Shown one piece after another: positions 36,356 through 48,379 of a DNA stretch of 64,000 nt (position 1 is its first letter; each line of letters opens with the position of its first letter). Origin of the DNA: Acetobacteraceae bacterium (GTDB lineage: Bacteria; Bacillota; Sulfobacillia; JAIMBG01); the NCBI GenBank assembly GCA_023511555.1, contig JAIMBG010000001.1, positions 961 to 64,960 of the forward strand. Reading direction: 5' to 3'. The position numbers and the translations under genes are program-made. Under the pieces are notes generated by a model, which saw only the letters and a list, made by a program, of their open reading frames with translations, did not search any database and was not told the origin of the DNA.

Positions 36356-37765
36356 TCAGCGGCGCCCGGGAGAGCCTGCCCCCCGGCGCGGCATTCGGCC
36401 TTCTCCCCCCGCCCCATCCGCGTGGCTCCGCCGCCATCCCGCTGCCAGGGCGAGCGGGCTCAGGAGCAGCAGGCCTCCGCCGCCGAACAGGAGGGGCTTT
36501 ATGCCCAGCAGGTCCCACGCCGCCCCCACCAGGGCCATCGCCCCGGCGCTCACCAGGTAGTCCATGCCCTCAAAGACCGACAGGATGCGGCCCCTGAACT
36601 CGGCGGGGGCGATGGCCTGAAGGTAGCTGCGCAGCGATATGTCGTAGCCCGCCGCCCCCATGCCCAGCACCACCCGGGACAGCGCGGCCACGGCGATGCC
36701 CGGCGCGGCCGCGAACAGGATCAGCCCTGCCCCGCAGACGGAGGTGGAGGCGGCCAGCATCGGGTACACGCCGCCCAGCCTGGGGCCTCCCCGACCTACG
36801 ATGGCCGACCCCACCAGCATCCCTGCCGCCAGGGCCGAGGTCAGGAAGCCCAGCTCTCGAGGGCCCGCGCCCAGGTTCTGCTCGGCGTGGACCCAGAGCA
36901 GCACATTGCTGGTGCCGAACGCTGTGGAGACCAGCGCCATGGTCACCAGTAGCCCGCCGACCCCGGGGATGGCTCTTACCCGGGCGAGGCCCGACCCCAG
37001 CTCCCGGCCGAAGGCCTTCGCGCCTTGGGACGGAACCGGCCGCGAGGCTGCGGAGACACGGGCCCCCAGCCAGATGATGGCCCCCGAGGAAAAGAAGCTG
37101 GCGCCGTTGATGAGAAACGCCGCGCCGGCTCCCAGGGCCTGGATGATGTAGCCTGCGGCTGCCGGGCCCACGATGCGGCACGCTACCCGGGTGGCGCTCA
37201 GCAGCGAGTTGGCCCGCACCAGTCTATCGGCGGGCACCGCGTCGGCGATGAGCGCCCGCTTGGCCGGCGAGCTCAGGGAGCCCAGGACGGACACCAGGGC
37301 GGCGATGGCGAAGAGCTGGCCCATCGAGACCGCCAGGGCGATGGAGCACACCATGGCCCCGCGTAGCACGTCGCAGAGGACCAGAACGGCGCGCCGGTCG
37401 TAGCGGTCTATCAGCGGCCCCGCCAGGGGAGTGAGGATGGCGGCGGGAACCATGGCGAAAAGCAAGGTCCCGGCGACGCCTGCGGCCGAGCCGGTGAGCT
37501 TCAGGCTGAGCCATATCAGGCCAATCTGCTGGATGAAGTCGCCGAGCCACGACACGGTGCTGGCGGCGCAGATCGCCCAGAACGTCGGCGAAAGCCCCCC
37601 GGCGCCCCGAGGGCCGAGGGCTGTGGCCTTGAGGTTCCCGTGTTCCACCCCGGCGCCCCCCTCCCGAGGGCGCGGCTGTGCCGCACCCCTGCCCGGTTGT
37701 CCCGGCGGCCATATCCCAGGGGCCGGATCACCCCTAATTGCAGCCTGCGGTGGCAGCCAATTCAA
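36356..37765 (-). CDS. MFS transporter
   Basis: Polytopic MFS-type sequence (…AILTPLAGPLIDRYDRRAVLV…). N-terminal extent uncertain. Confidence 0.7.
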   Translation of the reverse strand: MNWLPPQAAIRGDPAPGIWPPGQPGRGAAQPRPREGGAGVEHGNLKATALGPRGAGGLSPTFWAICAASTVSWLGDFIQQIGLIWLSLKLTGSAAGVAGTLLFAMVPAAILTPLAGPLIDRYDRRAVLVLCDVLRGAMVCSIALAVSMGQLFAIAALVSVLGSLSSPAKRALIADAVPADRLVRANSLLSATRVACRIVGPAAAGYIIQALGAGAAFLINGASFFSSGAIIWLGARVSAASRPVPSQGAKAFGRELGSGLARVRAIPGVGGLLVTMALVSTAFGTSNVLLWVHAEQNLGAGPRELGFLTSALAAGMLVGSAIVGRGGPRLGGVYPMLAASTSVCGAGLILFAAAPGIAVAALSRVVLGMGAAGYDISLRSYLQAIAPAEFRGRILSVFEGMDYLVSAGAMALVGAAWDLLGIKPLLFGGGGLLLLSPLALAAGWRRSHADGAGGEGRMPRRGAGSPGRR

Positions 37766-38242
37766 GGGGCGGGGCGGGAGAAGGCGGCCCGGCGGGCCCC
37801 GCAGCGGCGGCCCTGCGGCGTCCAGCCCAGCCGGGGCGCCGGGGCCCAGTGCGGCCGGGCGGGTGCTTTAAAGCGCCGCTACGCCGCCCTCCGGCCCGCG
37901 GTGGCCGTACCGACCCCCACGGGGCCGTGCTTCGACAGCGGGGAAGTTGTTTCCTTGGGGGGTAAAGTACCACTTGACCGTCGGCCGGCCACCGCAGGGG
38001 TGGTGGGGAGGGCTGCGGCTGCCCGAAGTCTCGGCCCGCGGCCCGGGGGAAGGCATGGTACCGGAGGCCGGGGGGTTGGGCCGACGGGAGACTGGAAACA
38101 CTGCGGGGAGAGGAGGGAGGACACCGCCCTAGGCGCTCATGGGTCGTACGCGGGCGATAGACGGCTGCATCGGGGCCGGAGGCGCGCCGGTTGGCCGGGA
38201 CGTGAGCAGGGGCCCTCGCCGTGGGAGCAGCCAGAGGGTCAA

Positions 38243-38271
38243 TTGCCAACTAATCCCAGTTGTGCTATCCT
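38243..38271 (+). promoter_or_regulatory. Candidate sigma-A promoter TTGCCA-17-TATCCT
   Basis: TTGCCA 38243-38248, 17-nt spacer, TATCCT 38266-38271. An AGGAGG RBS (38281) and in-frame GTG 38294 follow. Confidence 0.35.
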
Positions 38272-38293
38272 TGACTTAGCAGGAGGTGGGGGC

Positions 38294-39724
38294 GTGAGGG
38301 GCCGGGGCGGGTGTTTAATCTGGGCGAGAAGGTCGCGCGAAGTGGCAGCCGCCGGTCGGGGTCTTCCGGCGGGGACACCGCCGGAGCCTGTGCCACGCCC
38401 GGCGCTGGCGCTGGTGCTGGCCCTCGTGCTGCTTCTCCCCCGTGCCGCCCTCGCCTGGGGCGGGGGGGACCGCTTCTTCTCTCCGGACCGCGGGGCGCTG
38501 TCTTACCGCGTCTTCCGCTCGGGGCCGGTTTATGTCGAGGCCCGGGTGCAGGGCCTGTCCTGGACGGCCGCCCAGGTGCGGGCGCTCGTCTCCTGCGCCC
38601 AGGGCAGGGCCCCGATGCTGCCTGCCGTGGAGCTCCGGGATTTGAGCGGCCACCTCAGCGCCAGCGGCGAGTTCTGCACCAACCTTCCCGCGCCGCTGTG
38701 GAAGCGGCTGGACCCGGGCGGCGACAGGCGCTGGGAGCGGGCGGTTCTGGTGTGCCAGGCCCCGTGGAAGCTGGAGGCCTCCCGCCCCTACTTTCTCCGC
38801 ATCACCTTCTACGACTGGGACGGGGGCAGCCAGGGGCGCCTTGAGGCCTGCGCCCGGCAGGTCCGCTGGGGGTTTGAGGCGTCCGGCCGCTGGGAGCCGG
38901 TCGCCTACGCCGACCTCTATGACTGGCTCGACGAGGTGGCCTACGACTGCTCCCGCGCCGCGCCGGCAGACCCCTCGGCTCTCCCTGACCCGCCGTGGGA
39001 GCCCAACCACGGGGAGAAGGGGGTTTCGGGGGAGCCCATAGGGGAGCTGGTTCTGGACCTGCCCGAGGCCGGCGCCAGGCTCCGCCTGGGCGTCACCGAT
39101 GCCGGCTCGGTAGCGGCCCTGGTCGACCTGGATCTCAGGGACCGCGAGGCGGTGTCCCGCTACCTCGCTTACTGCCGCGCCCAGGCCCGCCGCCTCGCCG
39201 AGTCCGGGTCGGGCCTGGTGCCCGTGGCGCTCACCTTCCGCCGGCCCTTGGACCTCCCCACCGTGCGCGAGCTTCTGCAAGCCACCGGTCTCGAGGCCTG
39301 GAGCTTCGTCGGCCGCGGGCCGGCGTGGGACGGCTCGCCGGTTAGCTTCGGGGTGCACTCCGACTCCGACGCCTGGGTGCGCCTGCTGAAGCTGCGGGAC
39401 CGCCTGGAGGCGGGCGGCATCGCCCCCCTGGGTGTGACGGGGCTAAGTGGGCAGGTCGTCGCCTCGCCCATGCGTTTGGGGCGACTGCTGGACTTCCCGG
39501 AGCTGGCAGTCTGCGACATTATGGAGGCGGTGGCGAAAGACCGGGTGCGCCAGGTCCTGGGGCTTCCTCCACAGGCCGAGGTGTCTGTGTCGGGGAACCG
39601 CCCGCTTTATTGGGTGCTCGAGGACCTGGGGCTGCCTGAGGTAGGAAGCGGGTGCGGGGGCGTCGAATCCTTCGGTAGCCGGCGTTCCCCGGGGGCGCCG
39701 GGGGTGATCGGGGAAAGGGGCTGA
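38294..39724 (+). CDS. Secreted hypothetical protein (signal peptide …ALALVLALVLLLPRAALA|WGGGD)
   Basis: GTG 38294 after AGGAGG; long n-region then h-region and AxA site. No family recognized. Maximal ORF 37640. Confidence 0.5.
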   Translation: MRGRGGCLIWARRSREVAAAGRGLPAGTPPEPVPRPALALVLALVLLLPRAALAWGGGDRFFSPDRGALSYRVFRSGPVYVEARVQGLSWTAAQVRALVSCAQGRAPMLPAVELRDLSGHLSASGEFCTNLPAPLWKRLDPGGDRRWERAVLVCQAPWKLEASRPYFLRITFYDWDGGSQGRLEACARQVRWGFEASGRWEPVAYADLYDWLDEVAYDCSRAAPADPSALPDPPWEPNHGEKGVSGEPIGELVLDLPEAGARLRLGVTDAGSVAALVDLDLRDREAVSRYLAYCRAQARRLAESGSGLVPVALTFRRPLDLPTVRELLQATGLEAWSFVGRGPAWDGSPVSFGVHSDSDAWVRLLKLRDRLEAGGIAPLGVTGLSGQVVASPMRLGRLLDFPELAVCDIMEAVAKDRVRQVLGLPPQAEVSVSGNRPLYWVLEDLGLPEVGSGCGGVESFGSRRSPGAPGVIGERG

Positions 39725-39729
39725 AGGCG

Positions 39730-40029
39730 TTGCACGGCGGCAACGGCGAGGATCGGGAGCGTCGCCCGTTGAAGGTGGAGGTGCCGGCCGACCTCAGGCC
39801 TTCTCCTGCGAACTTCTTGGGGGTTTCCCACACGCCGTACGACTTCATCCTCGACTTCGCGGAAGTGATTCCTGTGGGGGACCAGCCGAGGGCCCAGGTC
39901 GTGGCCCGCATCGTGATCAGCCCGCAGTTCGTCCACCGCATGGTGGAGACCCTCCAGCACAACCTGGCCAAGTACGAGCAGACCTTCGGACCGATAAAGC
40001 GGCCAGCGCTGCCCGGCCGGGAGGGCTGA
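39730..40029 (+). CDS. DUF3467-family small protein
   Basis: …SHTPYDFILDFAEVIPVGDQPRAQVVARIVISPQFVHRMVETLQHNLAKYEQTFGPIK matches my recollection of DUF3467. TTG start. Confidence 0.6.
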   Translation: MHGGNGEDRERRPLKVEVPADLRPSPANFLGVSHTPYDFILDFAEVIPVGDQPRAQVVARIVISPQFVHRMVETLQHNLAKYEQTFGPIKRPALPGREG

Positions 40030-40324
40030 GCAGTTTCTGTGCGGGCCTGATGGTTAGGGGCCCGCCTCGCGGCGCACACCTTTGCCGGGGGCCAGCCCCT
40101 CGTTTGTCATCCGGGCCCTACCGCGCGCTTGCCACGCCACGGGCGCTCCAACGGGGCGAGGAACCTCTTGCGTGGCCGCCCCGACTGGCTGACGCCGGGC
40201 TGTCTCGACGACTGGCTCACGCCTTCCCAGCGGCAGGAAGGCGGCATGACGGAAGAGAATCAAAGGAAAGGGAGGGCGATCGGTCCCATAGGCCCGATCG
40301 CCTTCCTTCTGCGGGAGGTGGGGG

Positions 40325-41179
40325 GTGGTGCAGCGTTATAGTGCTGTCTTCCTGGCTGTCGCCGTCCTGGCGGGCGTCCTGACCGGCTGTGCGCGTGGAG
40401 GGCCCGGGCCGGGTGCCATGCCGCCTGCGGTCCAGCCCCCTTCCGGTCCGGTCGGCGAAGCGCCGGCTTCCAGCCCGGGCGGCGGGCAGGCGCCGGCTGC
40501 TCCAGGGGGTGGGCAGCCACCCGGTGTTCCAGGGGGTACGCTACCTGCGGCGAGTTGGGATGACCTCCTCAGGGAGTTGCCCGCGCCGGCGCTCGGCGAC
40601 GGCTTCTCCGCCTATCACCGGGCGGTCGGCCGGGCGTTGGCCCAGGCGTACGGGCACGACCCATGCATTGCGGTGGAGCACGGCATTCCCTACGAGGAGA
40701 CGGGCGGGCGGAGGGTCTACGAGTATGCGTGGATTCACTTCCCGGCCCCCTTCGCGGGGGGCGAGCCGCAGGGGTTCGACACGGTGGCCCGCCTCACCGT
40801 CACCATCACGCCCGCCGGCGACCCCCAGGCGGCCGCGCCGGCGGGGGCCGTGGAGGTCCGCGAGGTAGTGAACGAGACAACCGTCATCCAGGTCATCAAG
40901 GACAGGGGAGAGTATAGGGCCACCCCTCTCGGCGTCGGCGCCGACGGGCTGGAGGCGCTGGCCCGGGTACGCCGGGTGGTTGTGGGCGCCTACCTGAAGA
41001 CCGACCCTGAGTTCTGGCCGGCGTTCGAGGCCGCCAACTGGTTCAGCGGCGCCGCCGCCGCCCTCCCGGGGGCCGCCGGGGGCCAGGCGCAACTGACCGT
41101 CCACCAGGTGCGCAGCGAGGAGGGCTACCTGCAGCGCCACTACACGCTGAGCGTCCCGGCGTCGCCGGGGGGAGGCTGA
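40325..41179 (+). CDS. Hypothetical lipoprotein
   Basis: Signal peptide with lipobox (…VAVLAGVLTGC), then a Gly/Pro/Ala linker and a globular domain. Confidence 0.6.
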   Translation: MVQRYSAVFLAVAVLAGVLTGCARGGPGPGAMPPAVQPPSGPVGEAPASSPGGGQAPAAPGGGQPPGVPGGTLPAASWDDLLRELPAPALGDGFSAYHRAVGRALAQAYGHDPCIAVEHGIPYEETGGRRVYEYAWIHFPAPFAGGEPQGFDTVARLTVTITPAGDPQAAAPAGAVEVREVVNETTVIQVIKDRGEYRATPLGVGADGLEALARVRRVVVGAYLKTDPEFWPAFEAANWFSGAAAALPGAAGGQAQLTVHQVRSEEGYLQRHYTLSVPASPGGG

Positions 41180-41707
41180 TTCGAGAGCAAGGAAACCCTG
41201 GCCCCGCGCCAGCTCTTTGGGCATATTGGTCCCAGCCAAATGGGCCGGGGGGATCGCCCCCCCCGGCCCCTTTTCGACGGGGGATCTTCCTCAGCCTCCG
41301 CCGGGCCGCCGCAGTATCCCCCCAGCACCTCCAGGTCGATGTTGCGGCCGGTCAGGGCCACCACCGGCGGCCGCCGCGCCCCCGGCCCGCCGCCCAGGGC
41401 TTTGGCCAGGCAGCGGCTGGTTCGTCCGGCGCAGTGCTGGCCGCGGGCCCCGCGCCTTCGCGCCTCGCCCCTGACGAGTGGGTCTACACTTCCCGGCTGC
41501 CGGACGAACCGGTGTCTTTTGAGCCTGCCCCCGGGGTGGATATCTCCCAAAGGTGCTTGCAGGAAACCTGGCCCGGCACCAGTGGCGCCTCGCTGCCCTC
41601 GCGGGTCATCGCGTGGGCGCCGGGGGGCTGGCGCCGGGGATGGAGGAATCAGGGGCCCCTGGGGAGTATTCCTTTCCGCGATGCTGAGCCTACGGAGGTG
41701 CGGGTCC

Positions 41708-42505
41708 ATGCGCGCGATCCTCTGCCTTGACCCTCCGGAGTCGCGGCGGCTCATCGCCCGGGCGGTGGCCGCCCTGGACGAGGTGGTTCAGGCGCGGCGA
41801 AGCGGCACCATCATCGTGGCCAACGGCGTGACCAACGCGTACGTTGCCGAGGAGCTCCTGGGCCGGCGGCTGGAAGAGAAGTGCCTTTTCGCCGCCGGGC
41901 TGGTGGCCGACGGCCGCCTGTGCCTCAGCCCCGAGAAGGAGAGGCTGCCCGCCCTGGTGCTCAGGCAGGGGGAGCCCGCGTCCGTGCCCTGGACGGAGGC
42001 GCTCGACGGGTTCGGGGCCGGCGACGTGTTCATCAAGGGCGGCAACGCCCTCGACCCTCAGGGGGCGGTGGGGGTGTTCATGGCCCACGAGCGCGGGGGA
42101 ACCGTGGGCGCGGCCCTGGGGACGCTGCGGGCCCGGGGGTCACACCTGGTGATGCCGGTAGGACTGGAGAAGCTGGTGCCGTCCGTGCCGGCGGCCGCGG
42201 CGCTGCTCGGCACCAGGGTGCTCGACCTCTCCCACGGCCTCAAGGTGGGCATGATGGTGGTAGTGGGGGCCCGGGTGGTGACAGAGGCCGTGGCCCTGGA
42301 GCGGCTGTTCGGGGTCAACGCGGTTCACGCCGCCTCCGGCGGGGTGGGCGCCTCCCAGGGGGCGGTGGTGCTGGCGATTGACGGCGAGGAGCGGGCGGTC
42401 CGCGCCGCCTTCGAGTACGTGAGCGCGCTCAAGGGGGAGGAGCCGCCGGCCATCCGCCGGGAGGACTGCGCCGCCTGCGGCCGGGGGTGCGAGTGGAGGG
42501 GATGA
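41708..42505 (+). CDS. Hypothetical protein with C-terminal CxxCxxxC
   Basis: ATG 41708 follows a GGAGGTG RBS (MRAILCLDPP…). The maximal ORF (41240) prefix is low-complexity. C-terminus …DCAACGRGCEWRG. Family not recognized. Confidence 0.5.
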   Translation: MRAILCLDPPESRRLIARAVAALDEVVQARRSGTIIVANGVTNAYVAEELLGRRLEEKCLFAAGLVADGRLCLSPEKERLPALVLRQGEPASVPWTEALDGFGAGDVFIKGGNALDPQGAVGVFMAHERGGTVGAALGTLRARGSHLVMPVGLEKLVPSVPAAAALLGTRVLDLSHGLKVGMMVVVGARVVTEAVALERLFGVNAVHAASGGVGASQGAVVLAIDGEERAVRAAFEYVSALKGEEPPAIRREDCAACGRGCEWRG

Positions 42506-42666
42506 GGCACCCTGTCGTCGCTACGGAACCGGTGGCGGCGGGGGCAACCCCAGCAGTGCGCGATCCACGCGCAGTCTTAACCCCGAGCGATAAGTGATCT
42601 CAAGGCTCCTGGGGTAGCTTCTCCGACGGACCAGCGAGCCCACCACCTGCGGTCCCACCCCGCCGT

Positions 42667-43161
42667 TCAGCGTGGCCAGGGGTCAGAAGCTTGGGCTGCC
42701 CGCGATTGAGGTCCATGAGGAACACCTTGTTGTCGTGGGGCTGGCCATACTCGCCCTGCCAGGTCGGGCTGGCTTGCCGCCATGGCCAGGATACCCGCGG
42801 CCAGCCGGGCCTGAGGGTTTTGGGCTAGGGCCGGGCTCTGCTCCACCCCGAGCCTCCAGGCCTCGACGGCGCGGGGGATCAGCTCGGGGAACCGATTGAA
42901 GGGCCACGGCGGTGGCGCAGGAGGTATCTCGTCCAGCAGCACCAGGCGGGCCAGGCCGATGTAGGACCCGGCGAACCCCGGGTCGCACTCGGCGGCCTCG
43001 AGGTACATTTGTGCCGTCTGGCCGTTCATCTCTATGCCCTCGAAGCTGCTCTCCGAGCCGAAGCCCCGGTCGTCGGCCGCCCTAACCAGCGCCTGGGCCG
43101 ACAGGCTCTTGCTCTTGGGGTGGTCGGGGTGCTCTCTCAGGAGCCGGCGGGAAGCCTCCAC
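42667..43161 (-). CDS. Hypothetical protein or gene remnant
   Basis: 164-aa ORF with no recognizable motifs and no clear RBS. Confidence 0.25.
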   Translation of the reverse strand: MEASRRLLREHPDHPKSKSLSAQALVRAADDRGFGSESSFEGIEMNGQTAQMYLEAAECDPGFAGSYIGLARLVLLDEIPPAPPPWPFNRFPELIPRAVEAWRLGVEQSPALAQNPQARLAAGILAMAASQPDLAGRVWPAPRQQGVPHGPQSRAAQASDPWPR

Positions 43162-43544
43162 CGCCTCGGCGGCCCTGCCTTCGGGGCCAGACGGGCCACG
43201 GGGCGGAGCATGACGCCCCTCCTTGTGCGGACCGCGTCGCCGGTGCTCGAGACAGCGCCAGGGCCGGGGGCCCTCCTCCCGGCTGCATGCACGGGCCGGA
43301 GACGGGCGTCCTGCTCACCACCTCGGGTCCGGGACGGGGAAGCGCCGCCAGGCAGGGTTCGGCGGGCAGTTACAGTTTTCCTTCCTGGCTGGGGAATGAT
43401 GGCGGATCAGGGATGGAGGTGACGGCGGCCCATGCCCCCGCCAGCAGGAAAACCCAGCCTCAGGGCGAAAGCTAACCAGGGGGCGCGGCGGGCTGGGGCA
43501 GGGCCGGGCGTGGCCCCCGGAGGGCGCCCCGGCCGGGCAAACTG

Positions 43545-43745
43545 AATATCCGGAGGAGGGTGGCGGGAGAGTCCCCCGGGCCGGTCGGGGGCGCCGAAGG
43601 AGCAAGGCCGCGGTGAGAGGCCGAAACTCTCAGGCAAAAGTACCGCTGCCGGACGGGCCTCTGGAGAGGGCCCCAACCGAGGGGCCGCCCAAGGGGTAAC
43701 TTCCCCCCGGGAAGGAATCTCTCTGGTCAAAGGACAGAGGAGAAG
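43545..43745 (+). promoter_or_regulatory. Tandem glycine riboswitch (two aptamers) in the gcvT leader
   Basis: Aptamer 1: GGGAGAG…CCGAAGGAGCAA…CTCTCAGGCAAAAG. Aptamer 2: CTGGAGAG…CCCAAGGGGTAA…CTCTCTGGTCAAAGGACAG. Consensus glycine-aptamer cores, directly upstream of the gcv operon. Confidence 0.8.
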
Positions 43746-43790
43746 CGGAGGGGACCCGGTCCCAGCGTCTCCGTTTGTCCTTGTTTTTGT
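43746..43790 (+). terminator. Riboswitch expression-platform terminator (nested GC hairpin plus U-rich tract)
   Basis: GCGGAG-GGGACCCGGTCCC-…-TCTCCG followed by TTTGTCCTTGTTTTTGT. Fits a glycine-ON transcriptional switch as in B. subtilis gcvT. Confidence 0.45.
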
Positions 43791-43878
43791 GGGTGGGAGC
43801 CGGCGGGGCTGAGCCCGGCGGGCGGGGCCTACGTGGCGGGCGGCCGAGTGCGAGCGGAACCGGGAAGGAGGTGCCGGG

Positions 43879-44994
43879 TTGGAGGGGTTGGAGAAGCTCA
43901 AGAAAACCCCGCTGTTTGACTGCCACCTCAAGGCGGGGGGCAAGATCATCGACTTCGGGGGGTGGGCGCTGCCGGTACAGTACACCGGCATCCTGGAGGA
44001 GCACCACTGCGTGAGGCAGCGGGCGGGGCTGTTCGACGTGTCCCACATGGGAGAGGTCCGGGTGGAGGGCAGGGGAGCGCTCCGGTACCTCCAGCACCTC
44101 GTGGCCAACGACGTGTCGCGGCTTTCGCCGGGCCAGATATGCTACGCCCACATGCTTTACCCCAACGGAGGGACGGTCGACGACCTCCTGGTGTACCGGC
44201 TGGCGGAGCAGGAGTTCTTCATCGTCATCAACGCCGCCAACACCGCCAAGGACGTGGCCTGGATGCAGAAGGTAGCCCTGGACTTCAGGGACGTCAAGGT
44301 CTACGACCTCTCGGCGGCCACCGCGGAGCTGGCGCTCCAGGGCCCCCTGGCCGCGTCCATCCTGCAGAGGCTCACCTCCGCGGACCTCAGCAAGATCCGC
44401 TACTACTGGTGCCAGCGGGGGCTAAAGGTGGCCGGCCTGCTGTGCCTGGTCTCCCGCACCGGCTACACCGGCGAGGATGGGTTCGAGATCTTCGTGGAGC
44501 CTGAGAACGCGCCGGCGTTGTGGGAGGCGCTGCTGCAGGCGGGCAGGCCCGAGGGGCTCAGGCCCGTAGGACTCGGCGCGCGGGACAGCCTGCGGTTTGA
44601 GGCCTGCATGCCGCTTTACGGCCAGGAGCTGGACGCCGACACCAGCCCGCTTGAGGCCGGGCTGGAGCGCTATGTGGCGTTTGACAAGCCGGACTTCATC
44701 GGCAAGGCGGGGCTGCTGGAGCGCAGGCAGGCGGGGCTTAAGAAGCGGCTGGTGGGGTTTGAGATGGTGGACAGGGGCATAGCCCGCTCCCACTACCGCA
44801 TCCTCAAAGGCGCCACCGAGGTGGGCTACGTCACCAGCGGCATGTATTCGCCCACGCTGGCCAGGAACCTGGGGCTGGGCTACGTCCCGCCCGAGATGGC
44901 CGGGGTCGGCTCCGAGTTCCACGTCGAGGTGAGGGGCCAGGGGCTCTTGGCCCGGGCCGTCCCCACCCCGTTCTACCGCAGGAGTCGGCGGTAG
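43879..44994 (+). CDS. gcvT: Glycine cleavage system T protein (aminomethyltransferase)
   Basis: …KTPLFDCHLKAGGKIIDFGGWALPVQY…AGLFDVSHMGEVRVEG… is the GcvT signature. TTG start after GGAAGGAGGTG. Confidence 0.9.
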   Translation: MEGLEKLKKTPLFDCHLKAGGKIIDFGGWALPVQYTGILEEHHCVRQRAGLFDVSHMGEVRVEGRGALRYLQHLVANDVSRLSPGQICYAHMLYPNGGTVDDLLVYRLAEQEFFIVINAANTAKDVAWMQKVALDFRDVKVYDLSAATAELALQGPLAASILQRLTSADLSKIRYYWCQRGLKVAGLLCLVSRTGYTGEDGFEIFVEPENAPALWEALLQAGRPEGLRPVGLGARDSLRFEACMPLYGQELDADTSPLEAGLERYVAFDKPDFIGKAGLLERRQAGLKKRLVGFEMVDRGIARSHYRILKGATEVGYVTSGMYSPTLARNLGLGYVPPEMAGVGSEFHVEVRGQGLLARAVPTPFYRRSRR

Positions 44995-45136
44995 CGGCCC
45001 CCGCCGTGCCCGGCCCCGCGCGCCGCCAGTCCGCGGGCAGCCGCGGCGGCGGGGCCGCGAACCAGGGCTGCCCCGACCCAACGCGGACCGCCGGGGGCCT
45101 CAGGTTTCGGAACCAGTTACTTAAGGAGGTTGGGCC

Positions 45137-45523
45137 ATGTATCCCGAGGACCTCAAGTACACCAAGACCCATGAGTGGATCAGGCTTGAGGGCAACAGGG
45201 GCCGGGTGGGCCTCACCCACTACGCCCAGGACCAGCTCGGCGACATCGTGTTCGTCGAGCTTCCTGCCGTGGGCAAGGTGGTCAAGCAGGGCGAGACCTT
45301 CGGGGTGGTGGAGTCGGTGAAGGCTGCCTCCGACTGCTACGCTCCCCTGAGCGGCAAGGTGGTGGAGGTGAACAGCCGGCTCACCGACGAGCCTGCGACC
45401 ATCAACCAGGACTGCTACGGCCAGGGCTGGATGATGGTGCTGGAGGTGTCCGACCCGTCTGAGGTGGGCAAGCTCATGGATGCGGCCCGGTACCAGGAGT
45501 ACCTGAAAGAGGTCGGTCACTGA
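45137..45523 (+). CDS. gcvH: Glycine cleavage system H protein (lipoyl carrier)
   Basis: …THEWIRLEG…GDIVFVELP…ESVKAASD… lipoyl-lysine motif. Confidence 0.9.
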   Translation: MYPEDLKYTKTHEWIRLEGNRGRVGLTHYAQDQLGDIVFVELPAVGKVVKQGETFGVVESVKAASDCYAPLSGKVVEVNSRLTDEPATINQDCYGQGWMMVLEVSDPSEVGKLMDAARYQEYLKEVGH

Positions 45524-46865
45524 TGATGAAGTACCTGCCGCACACCGACCGGGACCGGGAGGCGATGCTGAAGACCATCGGGGTTAAGTCCGTAGACGAG
45601 CTCTTCTCCGACATCCCCGCCCAGGTCCGGTTCAACCGGGCGCTCGACCTGCCCCGGCCGCTCAGCGACCCTGAGCTGGCCAGGCACATGGGCGAGCTGG
45701 CCTCGCGCAACCGCTCGCTGGACGGGCTGACCTGCTTTCTCGGCGGCGGGGTCTACGACCACTTCGTGCCCAGCGTGGTCGAGCACATAGTGTCGCGCAG
45801 CGAGTTTTATACCGCCTACACCCCCTACCAGGCCGAGGCCAGCCAGGGGGTGCTGCAGTCGATATACGAGTATCAGACCCTGATCTGCGAGCTCACCGGC
45901 ATGGACGTGTCGCAGGCGTCGATGTACGACGGGGCGTCGGCGGCGGCCGAGGCCGGGCTGATCTGCGCCGCCACCCTGGGTCGGGGGCGCATAGTGGTCC
46001 CGGCGAGCCTCCACCCCGAGTATCGGCAGACCATAAAGACCTACGCCTGGGCGCACGACCTGGAGGTGGCCGAGGTCCCGTTCGGGCCCCAGGGGACCGC
46101 CGACCTGAGCCGCCTGGAGGCTGCGCTGGGCCCGGAGCCGGCCTGCCTCATCGTCCAGCACCCCAACTTCTTCGGGGCGCTCGAGCCGGTGGAGGAGATG
46201 GGGCGGCTGGTGCACGCCCGGGGGGGGCTGCTGGTGGCGGCCTGCGACCCCATATCGCTCGGGGTGCTCAAGCCCCCCGCAGCGTATGGCGCCGACATCG
46301 CCCTGGGCGAGGGCCAGCCGCTCGGCATTCGGCTCAGCTTCGGCGGGCCCTACCTGGGGTTCTTCGCCACCTCCGAGAAGCTGGTGCGGCGCATGCCCGG
46401 CCGCATCGCCGGCGCCACCCTGGACCACCAGGGGCGCCGGGGCTTCGTGCTGGCCCTGCAGACCCGCGAGCAGCACATCCGCCGGGAGAAGGCGACCTCC
46501 AACATCTGCTCCAACGAGGCGCTGTGCGCGCTTGCGGCCACGGTCTACCTCTGCGCCTTGGGCAGGCGGGGGATTGTGAAGCTAGCCGGGCTGTGCCTTC
46601 AGAAGGCGCACTACGCCCGGGATCAGGTGGCGCGCCTGGAGCGGTTCAAGCCGGCGTTCGACGCGCCGTTTTTCAGGGAGTTCGCGGTGCGCTCCACCCT
46701 GCCCTGGGAGAGGGTCGAGTCCGGCCTGCTCCAGCAGGGGCAGGCGGTGGGGCCTTCCCTGGGGCGGTTCTACCCCGAGCTTAAGGACTGCTTCCTCCTG
46801 GCGTTCACCGAAAAGCGCACCCGGGAGGAGATCGACTACCTGGTGGGGCGGATGGAGGGATTGAT

Positions 46866-46869
<4 letters not shown>
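45523..46869 (+). CDS. gcvPA: Glycine dehydrogenase (decarboxylating) subunit 1
   Basis: GcvPA signature sequence; start overlaps the gcvH stop (TGATG). Confidence 0.9.
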
Positions 46870-48353
<1,484 letters not shown>

Positions 48354-48379
48354 GCCCTGGGGCGCCGGGGGCGGGGCGG

